From an uncultured Spirochaetota bacterium (GTDB taxonomy: Bacteria; Spirochaetota; Spirochaetia; SZUA-6; Fen-1364), in assembly GCA_963745235.1 (NCBI GenBank), contig CAVUXE010000035.1:224001-288000 (forward strand): a DNA stretch of 64,000 nucleotides, in the 5' to 3' direction. Numbering within the stretch: position 1 is the first letter of the stretch; every line of letters starts with the position of its first letter. The notes below the pieces were generated by a model. That model saw only the letters and a list, made by a program, of their open reading frames with translations. It did not search any database and was not told where the DNA came from. Positions 1 to 9,921 of the stretch are shown piece by piece. The position numbers were made by a program, and so were the translations under genes.

Positions 1-2
1 GA

Positions 3-461
3 ACCGATTTCGAAAAGAAATATGGGCTGCCGCTCTCCTGGATTCCCTCGTTCATGGATCGATCCCCGAACGACAAGGGGCTGATGTCCGTCTGGGCATG
101 GGAATTGAACAAGAACAGCAAGAACAAGGCCGCAGCTGTGAAGTTCCTCCTTGCCGCTGCCGATGAGAACTTGCGGATCCAGGCTACCCAGCAGGCGAAA
201 CTGCCCGTCGGAAACGGAATGCTCGACGTTAGCCAGTGGCTCGTAAGCCACAGCGTGGTCCCGGGCGCCTACATACCGGCGGTTCAGACCATTGGGACGT
301 TCTGGCCGACGAGTCCTGCTTTCCCGCAGACCGATCCGGCGCGTGACGTGCTTCGAAAGGCTCACGAGCAGCTTCTCAGTGGCCAGATCACTCCCGACCA
401 GTTTGTGAAACAGACCGGCGACGGAGTGGAGGCGCTGATGCACCAGGCAGGCTACTTCTAA
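3..461 (+). CDS. Carbohydrate ABC transporter substrate-binding protein, C-terminal part (5' end outside window)
   Basis: Frame is open from position 3. C-terminus (SKNKAAAVKFL...LLSGQITPDQFVKQ) is typical of CUT1 binding proteins, and two CUT1 permeases follow. Confidence 0.8.
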   Translation, partial: TDFEKKYGLPLSWIPSFMDRSPNDKGLMSVWAWELNKNSKNKAAAVKFLLAAADENLRIQATQQAKLPVGNGMLDVSQWLVSHSVVPGAYIPAVQTIGTFWPTSPAFPQTDPARDVLRKAHEQLLSGQITPDQFVKQTGDGVEALMHQAGYF

Positions 462-476
462 TCGACTCGACAGACA

Positions 477-508
477 GTCAAGGCGGAGCGACACGTCTCC
501 GCCTTGAC
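477..508 (+). terminator. Intercistronic stem-loop after the binding-protein gene
   Basis: GTCAAGGCGGAG-8nt-CTCCGCCTTGAC, a perfect 12-bp stem with no U-tract. Typical mRNA-stabilising or attenuating hairpin in ABC operons. Confidence 0.6.
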
Positions 509-530
509 CTCATCATAGAGGAGACCGAAT

Positions 531-1406
531 GTGATACTGCAGCGGCAGCGCAGAACGTACTGGCTCCTGACATTTCCCGCAATTTTCATAACGCTGGTCG
601 GGTTGGTATGGCCGATTTCGCGAGGCGTTCAGATCAGCTTCACGAATATGAACCTGCTGGCCGACACGAATCGCTATGTGGGGCTGGCCAACTACGGGAA
701 GGTCCTCAGCGATCCTGATTTTTATTTTTCACTCTTGCGGAACGTTGAATACGTCGTCGTCGTCGTTTTCTTCAATTTCGTCATCGGCTTCGCCATGGCG
801 CTCGTGTGCAACGGGAAATTTGCCGGCAATCGAGTTCTCCGCGCGGTCATCATCCTTCCCATGGTGGTCATACCGACCGCCGCAGCTATTTTGTGGCGAT
901 TCATGTACAACTACGACATTGGGGTCATCAACAACGTCGCCAACAGTTTGCACCTCCTCAGAGTCGACTGGTTGGGAGATCCCAAGATGGCGCTGATCTC
1001 GGTGCTTATCACCGATATTTGGGCGTGGACACCGTGGATGTTTTTAATCCTGCTTGCCGGACTCGAGGGGCTTCCGGCCGAGACCATCGAAGCGGCGAGA
1101 ATCGACGGCGCTTCGGGTCTTCGCCTCATCTGGATGATTATGCTTCCCATGATGAGGCCGATCTATCAGGTCGCGATATCGCTGAAAGCAATTGACACCT
1201 TCCGTACGTTCGACTATGTCTGGGTCATGACCGGCGGCGGGCCAGGGTCCTCCAGCGACATCCTGAGCACGTACATCTACAAGTCGGCTTTCAAGAACCT
1301 CGCGTACGGATACAGCGCAGCAATCAGCCTCGTCGTTCTTGTCTTCACTGTCGCCCTCTCGTTTTCTGTGCTGCGTGGATTGATCGTCAAGCAGGAAAAC
1401 CTATGA
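531..1406 (+). CDS. Carbohydrate ABC permease (MalF/UgpA-like)
   Basis: YVGLANY motif, EAA motif (EAARIDGAS), MTGGGPG; SD AGAGGAG upstream. Confidence 0.93.
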   Translation: MILQRQRRTYWLLTFPAIFITLVGLVWPISRGVQISFTNMNLLADTNRYVGLANYGKVLSDPDFYFSLLRNVEYVVVVVFFNFVIGFAMALVCNGKFAGNRVLRAVIILPMVVIPTAAAILWRFMYNYDIGVINNVANSLHLLRVDWLGDPKMALISVLITDIWAWTPWMFLILLAGLEGLPAETIEAARIDGASGLRLIWMIMLPMMRPIYQVAISLKAIDTFRTFDYVWVMTGGGPGSSSDILSTYIYKSAFKNLAYGYSAAISLVVLVFTVALSFSVLRGLIVKQENL

Positions 1407-2215
1407 ACAAATACTTGAGATCATTCCTTATTCTTCTCATCGTGGTATGGACGGTCGGTCCGCTGTACGAGTTGATTGTGATGTCAACCGCGGCGTCGGG
1501 GAGTTTCAGCACGCTGCTACCCACGAAGATCACACTCAGCTACTACGGGGAAATCCTCTTCGGAGCTCGTTTCGGAGCCCAATCAATTTGGCCATTCATG
1601 GGCCACAGCCTCATTGTGTGCACCGTGGCGTCGCTTGCCGTGATCCTCTTCAGCCTGCCGTGCGCGTACGGTTTTTCCCGGCTCAAGTCCAAGGCGAGCC
1701 AAGGGGTGTACCTTGGCTATTTCGTTCTGCGAATGCTGCCTTCGATCGCGCTGCTCGTCCCGTGGTATTTCATCCTCAGATCGCTGCGCTTGATTGACAC
1801 ATATGGCGGCCTATCGCTCATCTACCTGCTTTTCCAGCTTCCCGTCGGTATCTGGCTCATGAAGGGATTCTTCGACACCATTCCTGTCGAGCTTGAGGAA
1901 TCCGCGTGGATCGAGGGTGCAAGCGTCTTGACGGCATTTCGAGAGATCATCATTCCCCTCGCCGGAAATGGAATCTCTGTGACGGGAGTTTTCGTCTTCC
2001 TGTACAGCTACATTGAGCTCATGTACGCATCCGTTCTAACCAGGCAAAAAATAACACTACCACCGTACCTCGCAGGATTTGTCAGCCAATATGAGCCTCA
2101 CTGGCAACTGACGCTCGCGGCGTCTCTTATCAGCACCGTCCCGATGATCCTGCTGTTCATGTTCGCGCAAAGGTATATGACGCGGGGCATCACCGGAGGC
2201 GCCCTGAAATACTGA
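1403..2215 (+). CDS. Carbohydrate ABC permease (MalG/UgpE-like)
   Basis: FFDTIPVELEESAWIEGAS; C-terminal QRYMTRGITGGALK; ATGA overlap with the upstream gene. Confidence 0.93.
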   Translation: MNKYLRSFLILLIVVWTVGPLYELIVMSTAASGSFSTLLPTKITLSYYGEILFGARFGAQSIWPFMGHSLIVCTVASLAVILFSLPCAYGFSRLKSKASQGVYLGYFVLRMLPSIALLVPWYFILRSLRLIDTYGGLSLIYLLFQLPVGIWLMKGFFDTIPVELEESAWIEGASVLTAFREIIIPLAGNGISVTGVFVFLYSYIELMYASVLTRQKITLPPYLAGFVSQYEPHWQLTLAASLISTVPMILLFMFAQRYMTRGITGGALKY

Positions 2216-2232
2216 AGATAAGAGGAAAAGAA

Positions 2233-2490
2233 ATGGGCAAGGTCAGAATAGGAATGATCGGAGCGGGCGTCCATGCCACGAACATGCTGTACCCGAGTTG
2301 CGAGCATATCGCGGCCCCTGTGGAGAGGGTCGCCGTCTGCGACCTGATCGAGCAGAAGGCGAAGAGCGCGATCGATTTCAAGAAAATGCTGAGAGGTTCC
2401 GGGGTGGTCCTGGAGAAGATGGATGAGCCGACCTCGGCTTTGAGCGACACGGAGATACGGCGTCTCTTGAATACCGTGTCCGCGCTGTGA
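2233..2490 (+). pseudogene. Truncated Gfo/Idh/MocA oxidoreductase (N-terminal Rossmann fragment only)
   Basis: MGKVRIGMIGAG...VAVCDLIEQKA with a good SD, but only 85 aa; similarity fades after about 50 aa. Confidence 0.65.
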
Positions 2491-2552
2491 AGGCCCCGGG
2501 ATTGCCCGGTCGTCGACACGTTGACAAGTGCGGAAAGAAGGAGGGATCGGGA

Positions 2553-3014
2553 ATGCGTCTGCTCGCGGACCATACTGCCGAACTTGGAGATGGTTTCGTT
2601 CGCTCCGTCGCCGCGAAGGCGCGGGACGCGAAACTGACAAGGGGAGACCTGGAAGATTGCATTCGGCTGTTTTGCATGGTGTGCAATCACGTTGACGAGC
2701 TCCAGTTCGAGCTCAAGGATTTCACGCATTCCTTCCAATTGCAGATCGGCGAGGAGCGCTTCGCCGTGACGTTCAACAAGGGCGCGTGCGCCGTGTACGC
2801 GGGCACCATCGATTCCCCCGACATCACGATCCAGATGGGTCTCGTGACTGCGCGGGACCTGGTGATGGGGAAGGTCAATTCCGGCGCGGCCCACATGGAC
2901 GGTGACATCACGTACAAGGGAACCAAGAATGGTGCCGTCAAGCTGCAGTCAGTGTTCGAACTCTTCCTGGACGAGCTCGACGAACGTGCGCGATCCGAAC
3001 GGGGAGAATCATGA
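2553..3014 (+). CDS. SCP2 sterol/lipid-binding domain protein
   Basis: PDITIQM...LVMGKVNSGAAHMDGDITYKG matches the SCP2 pattern; SD GAAGGAGG before ATG 2553. Confidence 0.75.
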   Translation: MRLLADHTAELGDGFVRSVAAKARDAKLTRGDLEDCIRLFCMVCNHVDELQFELKDFTHSFQLQIGEERFAVTFNKGACAVYAGTIDSPDITIQMGLVTARDLVMGKVNSGAAHMDGDITYKGTKNGAVKLQSVFELFLDELDERARSERGES

Positions 3015-5284
3015 AGCAGTTGAAACTCGGGGTCGTAGGCGGCGGCAGCGCCTTCACCTTTCACGCGAGCGGTGTGAAGGATTCGAAGCTCCTGCGCTTC
3101 ACGGCGATTTTCGACTCGAACATCGACAACGCCAGGAAGATCGCCCGGCGATTCAAGGAAGGCCATCTCGAGGTCTACGAGACCCTTGATGCGATGCTCG
3201 AATCGGACATCGACGCGGTTCTCGTGATGGTGCCCCATGCATACCACGAGAGGATCGTCGTGCGGTGCGCGGAGAAAGGCAAGCACGTGCTGTGCGAGAA
3301 GCCCATGGCCACCACGGTGGAAGCGTGCAGGAACATGATCGAGGCCGCGGAGAGGAACAAGGTCAAGCTCATGATCGCGGAGAATCACCGGTTTCTCCCG
3401 GCGCACACCTATATCCATGACGCCGTCCAGAAGGGTCTGATTGGCGACGTCCTCGTGGTCAGGGCATACGAGGGCGTCAACGAGATCCCCGGGTTGAGCA
3501 TGAGCGGCTTCTGGAAGGGGGATCCGATCAAGGCGGGCGGCGGCGCGCTCATGGACATGGGCGCGCACAAGTTTGCGGCCCTCGAGTACATCCTCGGAAG
3601 CAGGTGCACGAAGATTACCGCGGTGCTCGCGAAGCAGGCGATCAACCTGCCGGAAAAGGCGGAAGACAACGCGTTCACGATCGTGCATTTCGACAACGGC
3701 GCGGTCGGCGAGATCGCGGTGAGCTTCACGCAGATGACGCCCCCTTTCAACAGCCTCGAGATCTTCGGAACGTCGGGGAGCATCTTCGAGAACCATGCAT
3801 GGGAGAAGCCGGTTCGGATCTACTCCTTTTCGAAGGACATGGGCGAGCATCAGCAGGTCATGTACGAGCCCGACATCGAGCACAAGCCCTTCCCCGGCTA
3901 CTATCCCATTTCGGTGCGACACGAGGACGAGTACTTCGCGAAATGCGTCCTCGAAGATACACAACCCGAGTTCACTCCCATCGATTCGATGAGCGCCATC
4001 GAGTGCATACTGGCGGGCTATCTCTCGGCCATTGAACACAGGCCTGTTGAACGGAGAGAGATCGTGGAGCTCGCGGACAAGGGCCTCACATTCGGCATAC
4101 TGGAACGGCTTGCCGAGCAGATACCAATCAACCCGAAGCTGCCCGAGGTGAAGAAGATGAAACCCGTCGGATATGACCGCAGCAGGAGCGCCGGGATCAT
4201 GGAAAAATATGACCTGGACCTCCTCATCGCGAGCTCTCCCGAGAATGTCTATTACCTGAGCGGATTGCCCGTCCTCCACAGCGCGCCCAATCCCATACTG
4301 GAGGCCTTGAGCAACCAGTACCCCAACATTGCGATGATCCGGCGCGAGGGGGAAGGCACGGTAATCAACTGGGACGTGTTCAAGAGCGTCCCCGCGCTGT
4401 GCTGGGTCGCGGACAGCGTCGGGATCAGCAGCCCGAAGGACGTCCAGAGCGCCCTCCTTCTGAAGATCAAGAAGTGGGGGCTCATCGACAAGCGCGTCGG
4501 CGTGGAATCCACCGCTCCGAAGTTTCTCCTCGATGTCCTCGCACAAAACAAGGCGAACGCGAAATTGGTCGAAGCGGATGCCGCTTTCCAGGACATGCGG
4601 ATCGTCAAGACCGACCAGGAGATCGAGTACATCACGAAAGCAACGGAAATCACGGAGAAGGCGATCATGCGCTGCGTGAAGGCCCTGAGGGAAGGCATGA
4701 CCGACAACGACCTCCTGAACCTCGGCAAGAGGGCGATGCTCGAGGAAGGAGCCGACGGGTGGAACCACATGACCCTGTCCATCGGCGGCTCCGATCCGGA
4801 AGCGCCCGGTATCGGCACAGTCGTGCGAAAGGGAGACATTGTCCGCCTGGACTTCGGCGCTGTGTGCAAAGGCTACGTCGCTGACGTGAACGCGCACGTC
4901 GTCGTAGGGAAGGTTCCGGAGAAGGCCGCGGCTCTCATTGAAGGCCTGCTCGAGTTCCAGGGCTACTTCGAGGCCCGCATCACGCCGGGCGTCTCGATGA
5001 GGCAGCTCGGCGAGGAAGCCGTGCACTGGTACAAGGGGAAATATCCCGAGGGGATGGCATTCTGCATCGGCCACAGCATCGGCCTGGAGTGCGAGGACCT
5101 GCACCTGTTTGGCGCGATGGGTTCGCAGGACCGCGACTTCGAGAAGAACATGGTTTTCGAGATCGAGGCGTGGGAAAGCTTCGAAGGCTTCCTCATCGGC
5201 GTCGAGGATTGCTATGTCGTGACCGACTCAGGCTGCCGCAAACTGACTCGCCTCGACAAGCGAATCATGACAGTGAAGGAGTGA
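3011..5284 (+). CDS. Fusion: Gfo/Idh/MocA oxidoreductase + Xaa-Pro (M24) peptidase-like domain
   Basis: N-half has LGVVGGG, HVLCEKPMA and GGGALMDMGAH. C-half has DFGA, YVADV, GHSIGL, FEIE and IGVED (M24 metal ligands). Confidence 0.85.
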   Translation: MKQLKLGVVGGGSAFTFHASGVKDSKLLRFTAIFDSNIDNARKIARRFKEGHLEVYETLDAMLESDIDAVLVMVPHAYHERIVVRCAEKGKHVLCEKPMATTVEACRNMIEAAERNKVKLMIAENHRFLPAHTYIHDAVQKGLIGDVLVVRAYEGVNEIPGLSMSGFWKGDPIKAGGGALMDMGAHKFAALEYILGSRCTKITAVLAKQAINLPEKAEDNAFTIVHFDNGAVGEIAVSFTQMTPPFNSLEIFGTSGSIFENHAWEKPVRIYSFSKDMGEHQQVMYEPDIEHKPFPGYYPISVRHEDEYFAKCVLEDTQPEFTPIDSMSAIECILAGYLSAIEHRPVERREIVELADKGLTFGILERLAEQIPINPKLPEVKKMKPVGYDRSRSAGIMEKYDLDLLIASSPENVYYLSGLPVLHSAPNPILEALSNQYPNIAMIRREGEGTVINWDVFKSVPALCWVADSVGISSPKDVQSALLLKIKKWGLIDKRVGVESTAPKFLLDVLAQNKANAKLVEADAAFQDMRIVKTDQEIEYITKATEITEKAIMRCVKALREGMTDNDLLNLGKRAMLEEGADGWNHMTLSIGGSDPEAPGIGTVVRKGDIVRLDFGAVCKGYVADVNAHVVVGKVPEKAAALIEGLLEFQGYFEARITPGVSMRQLGEEAVHWYKGKYPEGMAFCIGHSIGLECEDLHLFGAMGSQDRDFEKNMVFEIEAWESFEGFLIGVEDCYVVTDSGCRKLTRLDKRIMTVKE

Positions 5285-5288
5285 GCAA

Positions 5289-6078
5289 ATGAAACCATTG
5301 ATCATCATAGCCACGCCGAATATCTGCTGGCTCACGCCAAGCGTGCCGTACCCCCGGACAGCGACGGAAATCGCGCAGGAAGCAAAGCTGTGCCGTGAGA
5401 ACGGGGCGTCGGTTCTCCATGCTCATGGCGAAGGGCAGTGGGTCGGGATGATGGCGGAGGTCCGCAAGCGGAGCGATATCCTGATCCAATGCGGCATGTC
5501 GAGCATCCCTCTGCGGGACCGGATGGACGTCATGAATCAGAAGGCAGACATGATATCCATCATACTCAATCACCACGACGAGGCGTTTGCCGAGGTGGAT
5601 TGCAACATGCTGCATACGAAGCCGGAGCTCGAAGAATATGCAGCCGCTTGCCGTACCTACGGCGTCAAGCCGGAATTTCGAGGTCTGGCATTCGGGCTCC
5701 ATCTGGAACTTGAACCGCCTGATCGAAAAGAGCCTGCTGGATCCGCCGTATGTGACCACGATGTTCTTCGGATGGCCTGGCGGCACGTGGTCCCCTCCCA
5801 CTGTGGAGGAGTATCTTTATAGAAGGAAACAGATGCCGGAGAACTGTGCAGTTGCCGTCAGCATCATGGACGCCAGGCAGATGGACATTCTGGTCGCGGC
5901 GATAATGAACGGAGATAACGTCAGGGTTGGCACGGAGGATTATCCCTACAGCCGCCATGGCGCTCTTTCTACGACGCATGATCTGGTGAAGGAAATTGCA
6001 GATATCTCGCAGCTGCTGGGAAGGCAAATTGCAACGCCCATTGAAGCTCGTGAAATTCTCGGAACCAGGGGGCGATGA
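5289..6078 (+). CDS. Beta-keto acid cleavage enzyme (BKACE/DUF849, Kce-like), one frameshift at ~5677
   Basis: VPYPRTATEIA...GASVLHAH, KPEFEVW restored by removing one T at 5676-5678, RVGTED, GRQIATPIEAREILG. Confidence 0.85.
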
Positions 6079-6851
6079 GGATGGTCGACAAAAAGGTGGC
6101 AGTCATTACCGGCGCGGCCAGCGGCATAGGAAAGGCCACGGCGTTGAAATTCGCGAAAGAGAACTATGCGGTTGCTCTCTTCGACAAAAGCGGCGCGATA
6201 GTGGAAGTTGGCCAGTCGCTTCGCGAAAACGGATCCGAGTGCCTCGATTTCTGTGGAGACGTTGCCCGCGCAACGGACGTAGAAAGGTTCATCGACCAGG
6301 TCGCAGGGAAGTTCGGCAGGATTGACGTGCTCAATTGTAACGCGGGCATCGTGGTTGTAAAACCCCTGGAGGATACCTCCTTCGATGAGTTCGTCATGGT
6401 ATCCAATGTGAACATCGGAGGAACGTTCCTTTTCTGCAAACATGTACTGCCAATCATGAAGAGCCAGCGGCGCGGGGCGATCGTGAATCTCGGCTCAGTT
6501 TCCGGGCACGTCGGGCAGACCGAGCATGCCATTTACGGAGCGACGAAAGGCGCGGTGATCGCGTTTACCCGCGCGGTTGCCTGGGAAGTTGCGGATTACA
6601 ATATCCGGGTGAACTCCGTAAGTCCCGGCTCTGTTGACACCCCGATGCTTCGTTCGGACATACAGCTCGAATCGGCGCGAACCGGACTGGCGTTCGGGAA
6701 GGTAAAGAAGAACAGGGAGGCGGAACAGGCGTTCAAGCGCTGGGCGGAGCCGGAAGAGATCGCCGAGGCGATCTACTTTTTGGGCAGTGACGCGGCCTCG
6801 TTTATTACAGGCACCGACTTGCTGGTGGATTGCGGCTGGGTGGCGAAATAA
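6075..6851 (+). CDS. Short-chain dehydrogenase/reductase
   Basis: TGAASGIG, NAG, YGATK, IRVNSVSPG. Confidence 0.93.
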   Translation: MRMVDKKVAVITGAASGIGKATALKFAKENYAVALFDKSGAIVEVGQSLRENGSECLDFCGDVARATDVERFIDQVAGKFGRIDVLNCNAGIVVVKPLEDTSFDEFVMVSNVNIGGTFLFCKHVLPIMKSQRRGAIVNLGSVSGHVGQTEHAIYGATKGAVIAFTRAVAWEVADYNIRVNSVSPGSVDTPMLRSDIQLESARTGLAFGKVKKNREAEQAFKRWAEPEEIAEAIYFLGSDAASFITGTDLLVDCGWVAK

Positions 6852-7579
6852 TGCCGGGTGCAGTCATCGACTACGAAATAGAGAAGAAGAAGAGTACGAC
6901 GGGAATAATCGTTCAGAAGCTCCTGGAACTGATCCGCGTTCGCAGTCTGAAGCCGGGGGATAAGCTTCCAACCGAGAGGGAGCTTTCGAAACTGATGAAA
7001 GTAAGCAGGCCGTCCTTGAGGGAGGCGCTGAAATCACTGGAAATGATGAGTATCATCAGAATTCGACAGGGCTCGGGCGCTTTCGTGAACAAACTGGAGC
7101 CCGAAAGCGTCGTCGAACATCTCGACATAGTTTTCACCCTGGATGAGACGCTCTACCGCGATCTCTACAAGGCTCGAAGGGTTCTGGAGTCGGCGATTGC
7201 GGGGATGGCCGCCGAACTGATCACTGACGAGGAGCTCGTCGAAATCGAATCGAACATCACAAAAGCCGCGCGAGCCGTTAGAAAGACCCACGAGTTCTTC
7301 GAGCTCGATCTTCAGCTCCATAGTTTGATCCTGAAAGCGTCGAGAAACCGGATCCTTCCCGTATTCATCCAATCTATCAACAAGCTCAACTTGATGATGC
7401 GCGAAAAGACGAACAGGTATCTCAAAATCAGGCAGTCATCCATCCGAGATCATCAGAACATCCTGGAAACCTTGCGGGAGAGGAATCCGGAAAAGGCCGC
7501 GCGGGCAATGGAAGAACACCTGTTCAACGTCGAGAGGGGATATTATGGCCTCGTCAAGGAAGGAGCCAGGAAAAAGTGA
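6851..7579 (+). CDS. FadR/GntR family transcriptional regulator
   Basis: PGDKLPTERELSKLMKVSRPSLREAL plus FCD domain; TAATG overlap. Confidence 0.93.
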   Translation: MPGAVIDYEIEKKKSTTGIIVQKLLELIRVRSLKPGDKLPTERELSKLMKVSRPSLREALKSLEMMSIIRIRQGSGAFVNKLEPESVVEHLDIVFTLDETLYRDLYKARRVLESAIAGMAAELITDEELVEIESNITKAARAVRKTHEFFELDLQLHSLILKASRNRILPVFIQSINKLNLMMREKTNRYLKIRQSSIRDHQNILETLRERNPEKAARAMEEHLFNVERGYYGLVKEGARKK

Positions 7580-8523
7580 ATGACACTTTCTTTGTAACTG
7601 GCGCGACGGGGTGCATCGGAGGCTGGGTTGTCAAGAACCTCGTCGAATCAGGAAGCGAGGTGTACGTGCTGGCACGGAGTGGAAGCCTGGAGAAACTGAA
7701 GCTTATCATGCCGGCAGACGAGATATCCAAGGTGCACGTCATACGCGGAGATATCGGCGATGCCGAGCTACTCAAGGAATGTGTCGCGAAAAACAAAATT
7801 GAACTCATAATCCACCTGGCGGCGATGCAGCTGCCTTTCTGCCGTGCAGAGCCGGGGCGCGGCGCTCGTGTGAACGTCGAAGGGACCATCAATGTCTTCG
7901 AGGCTGCAAAGAATGCCGGAATTCGATCGCTCGTCTATTCAAGCAGCACCGCAGTATACGGGAGAATGGACGAGTACGCGGAAATCTGCGTCGAGCATGG
8001 CGCGCGGCTGATTCCGCATTCCCTCTATGGTGTGTATAAGCAGGCGAACGAGTGGAGCGCAAGAGTCTATTTTGATTCGGACGGCATCTCCAGCATTGGC
8101 ATAAGGCCCTACGTCGTATACGGACCCTTGCGAGACAAAGGCATAACTTCCACGCCCACTCTCGCAATGAAGGCGGCTGTCGAGCATGAACGGTACGAGA
8201 TATCGTACGGTGGCGAGTTCAATTTTCAGTATGTGGACGACACGGCGAAAGCGTTCATTCGCGCTGCGCGCGCGGATCACGAGGGGGCGGATACCTATAA
8301 CCTGGGCGGAGCCGCCATCGATATGGGCGATGTGATACAAGCCATTGAGACCGCTGAGCCGCGGGCCAAAGACCTCATTACGTACGTCGATGCGCCACTT
8401 CCGTTCCCCAGGAGAGCGAGCAACGAAGAGCTTGAAAAAATCATTGGACCCGTTTGTCCGACGGCGCTTGTTGATGGTGTAAGAAAGAGTATGGAAATCT
8501 TCAGGCGAAACGCTGGCGTGTAG
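7576..8523 (+). CDS. NAD-dependent epimerase/dehydratase
   Basis: VTGATGCIG, IIHLAA, YGVYK, YGP. Confidence 0.9.
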   Translation: MNDTFFVTGATGCIGGWVVKNLVESGSEVYVLARSGSLEKLKLIMPADEISKVHVIRGDIGDAELLKECVAKNKIELIIHLAAMQLPFCRAEPGRGARVNVEGTINVFEAAKNAGIRSLVYSSSTAVYGRMDEYAEICVEHGARLIPHSLYGVYKQANEWSARVYFDSDGISSIGIRPYVVYGPLRDKGITSTPTLAMKAAVEHERYEISYGGEFNFQYVDDTAKAFIRAARADHEGADTYNLGGAAIDMGDVIQAIETAEPRAKDLITYVDAPLPFPRRASNEELEKIIGPVCPTALVDGVRKSMEIFRRNAGV

Positions 8524-9824
8524 AAGCAAAGCGGTCCTTCGGGTTCCGTGCGCTCAGTGGCGCAAACGGACCTTTCAGGGCAGCCCACCTCGGGTGATGA
8601 CGGCGCGGATCTCGTCGGAGATCTACGGCGTCACCCACCTGTTTCCCGCCTTTGGTTCTTCCCCGATGGTTCACGACCTCCTTGATGGCCTGATACATCA
8701 GAAAGAAGGGCCTGGTCTGAGAATCGGTCTGGTCGATCGTCCCTGCCAGATACAGGTCGGAGGCATCGCAGTAGAACAGGAAGGAACCCGTCGAACCTGA
8801 ATGGCCCCACAATGGCGGCATCCGCATCAATGTGCGCATGGGGCGCGGGAAGCTGAAGAGCATCGTGCCCAAGCCGTATTCGAGCGGAAAGCGCCATTTG
8901 CGCCAGGCGTGCATCTGCCCGAGGCTGTTTCGGCTGACGACTCGTCCCTCGTTCAGGGCCTTCAGGAAGACGATCATCTCTTCGGCCGTCGATACAATTC
9001 CTCCGTCGGCCCAGTATGATCCGTTGGAGCGAACCTTTGTGATGTTCGTGTTCTTGGAGAACACCTCCGCCGGGCAGCGCCGACGGCAGGACCTGATCTC
9101 CGCCGTAGCCGACGAGGTAGGTGTGCTTCAGACCAAGCGGTTGGAAGATGAGCTGCCCATACGCGGCCTGGACGGACGTGCCTGCAACTGCCTCGATAAT
9201 CTTCCCCAGAAGCTGGAAGTTGGTGTCCGAATAGAAAGTTCTCTCGCCAGGAGGGAACCTGGGCTTGAGGTCCTTTTTCGCTCGCTCGATCGTCTGATCA
9301 ACAGACCAGCGGCGGTCGGGGTTCTCCACGAAGATCTCGAACAGGCTCTTGCCGTCCGCGCCTTTCTGGTCGTAATAGTCCGCGATCCCCGACGAGTGCG
9401 ACAGGAGTTGCCTGATCGTGATCTGGGTCGAGTAGTCCTGACCCTTGTAGACGTGGATGCCCTGCACGAGCTCCTTCGGAAGATACTTTGCCATCGGATC
9501 GTCGAGTGCGAGCAGGCCCTGCTCACAAAGACGCATGACGATCGCGGCCGTGTACAGCTTGGTGATGCTCGCGATGTAGATGGGCGTGTCCTTCGTCATA
9601 GGCGCCTGGCCCGTCGCCATCCCCGACGCGCCTGACCACTCAAACGAGCCGTCGCCATTCGCAATCGTGAGAGCGCAGTTCTTTATTCCGCTGCCATCCT
9701 TGACCTGCCGCGCGACAAGCGATCGGAGTCCATCATCCAGGCTCGCGGACGCCTTGGAGCAGGCGGCCGTCATCGCGAGTGCCGCGGCGATCAGGATCAT
9801 CCCTGCGACTTTCCAGACTTTCAT
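8501..9824 (-). CDS. Serine hydrolase (beta-lactamase/D-peptidase class), probable lipoprotein, frameshift at ~9073
   Basis: Lipobox MTAAC, SITK, LLSHSSG, YSDTN; WGHSG lies in the downstream frame. The 3' end is uncertain. Confidence 0.82.
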
Positions 9825-9921
9825 TCCGCCACCCTCCAAAGCTTCCTTCCAAGACCTTTCGCATCGACAGGCCAAAGGCGAGAGCCAAGCTTTGCGCTTG
9901 GCCCTCCGTATTGCAGAGCGC

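Noticed and set aside
2687-5104. 805-aa antisense ORF and other long shadow ORFs (22712-24556, 43842-45290, 56737-58053)
   Set aside because: They lie opposite well-supported genes and have no motifs; expected from high-GC codon bias.
8501-9824. Antibiotic-resistance beta-lactamase
   Set aside because: The SxxK/YxxxN/HSG pattern fits the broad serine hydrolase/D-peptidase family; nothing specifically indicates class A, C or D beta-lactamase activity.
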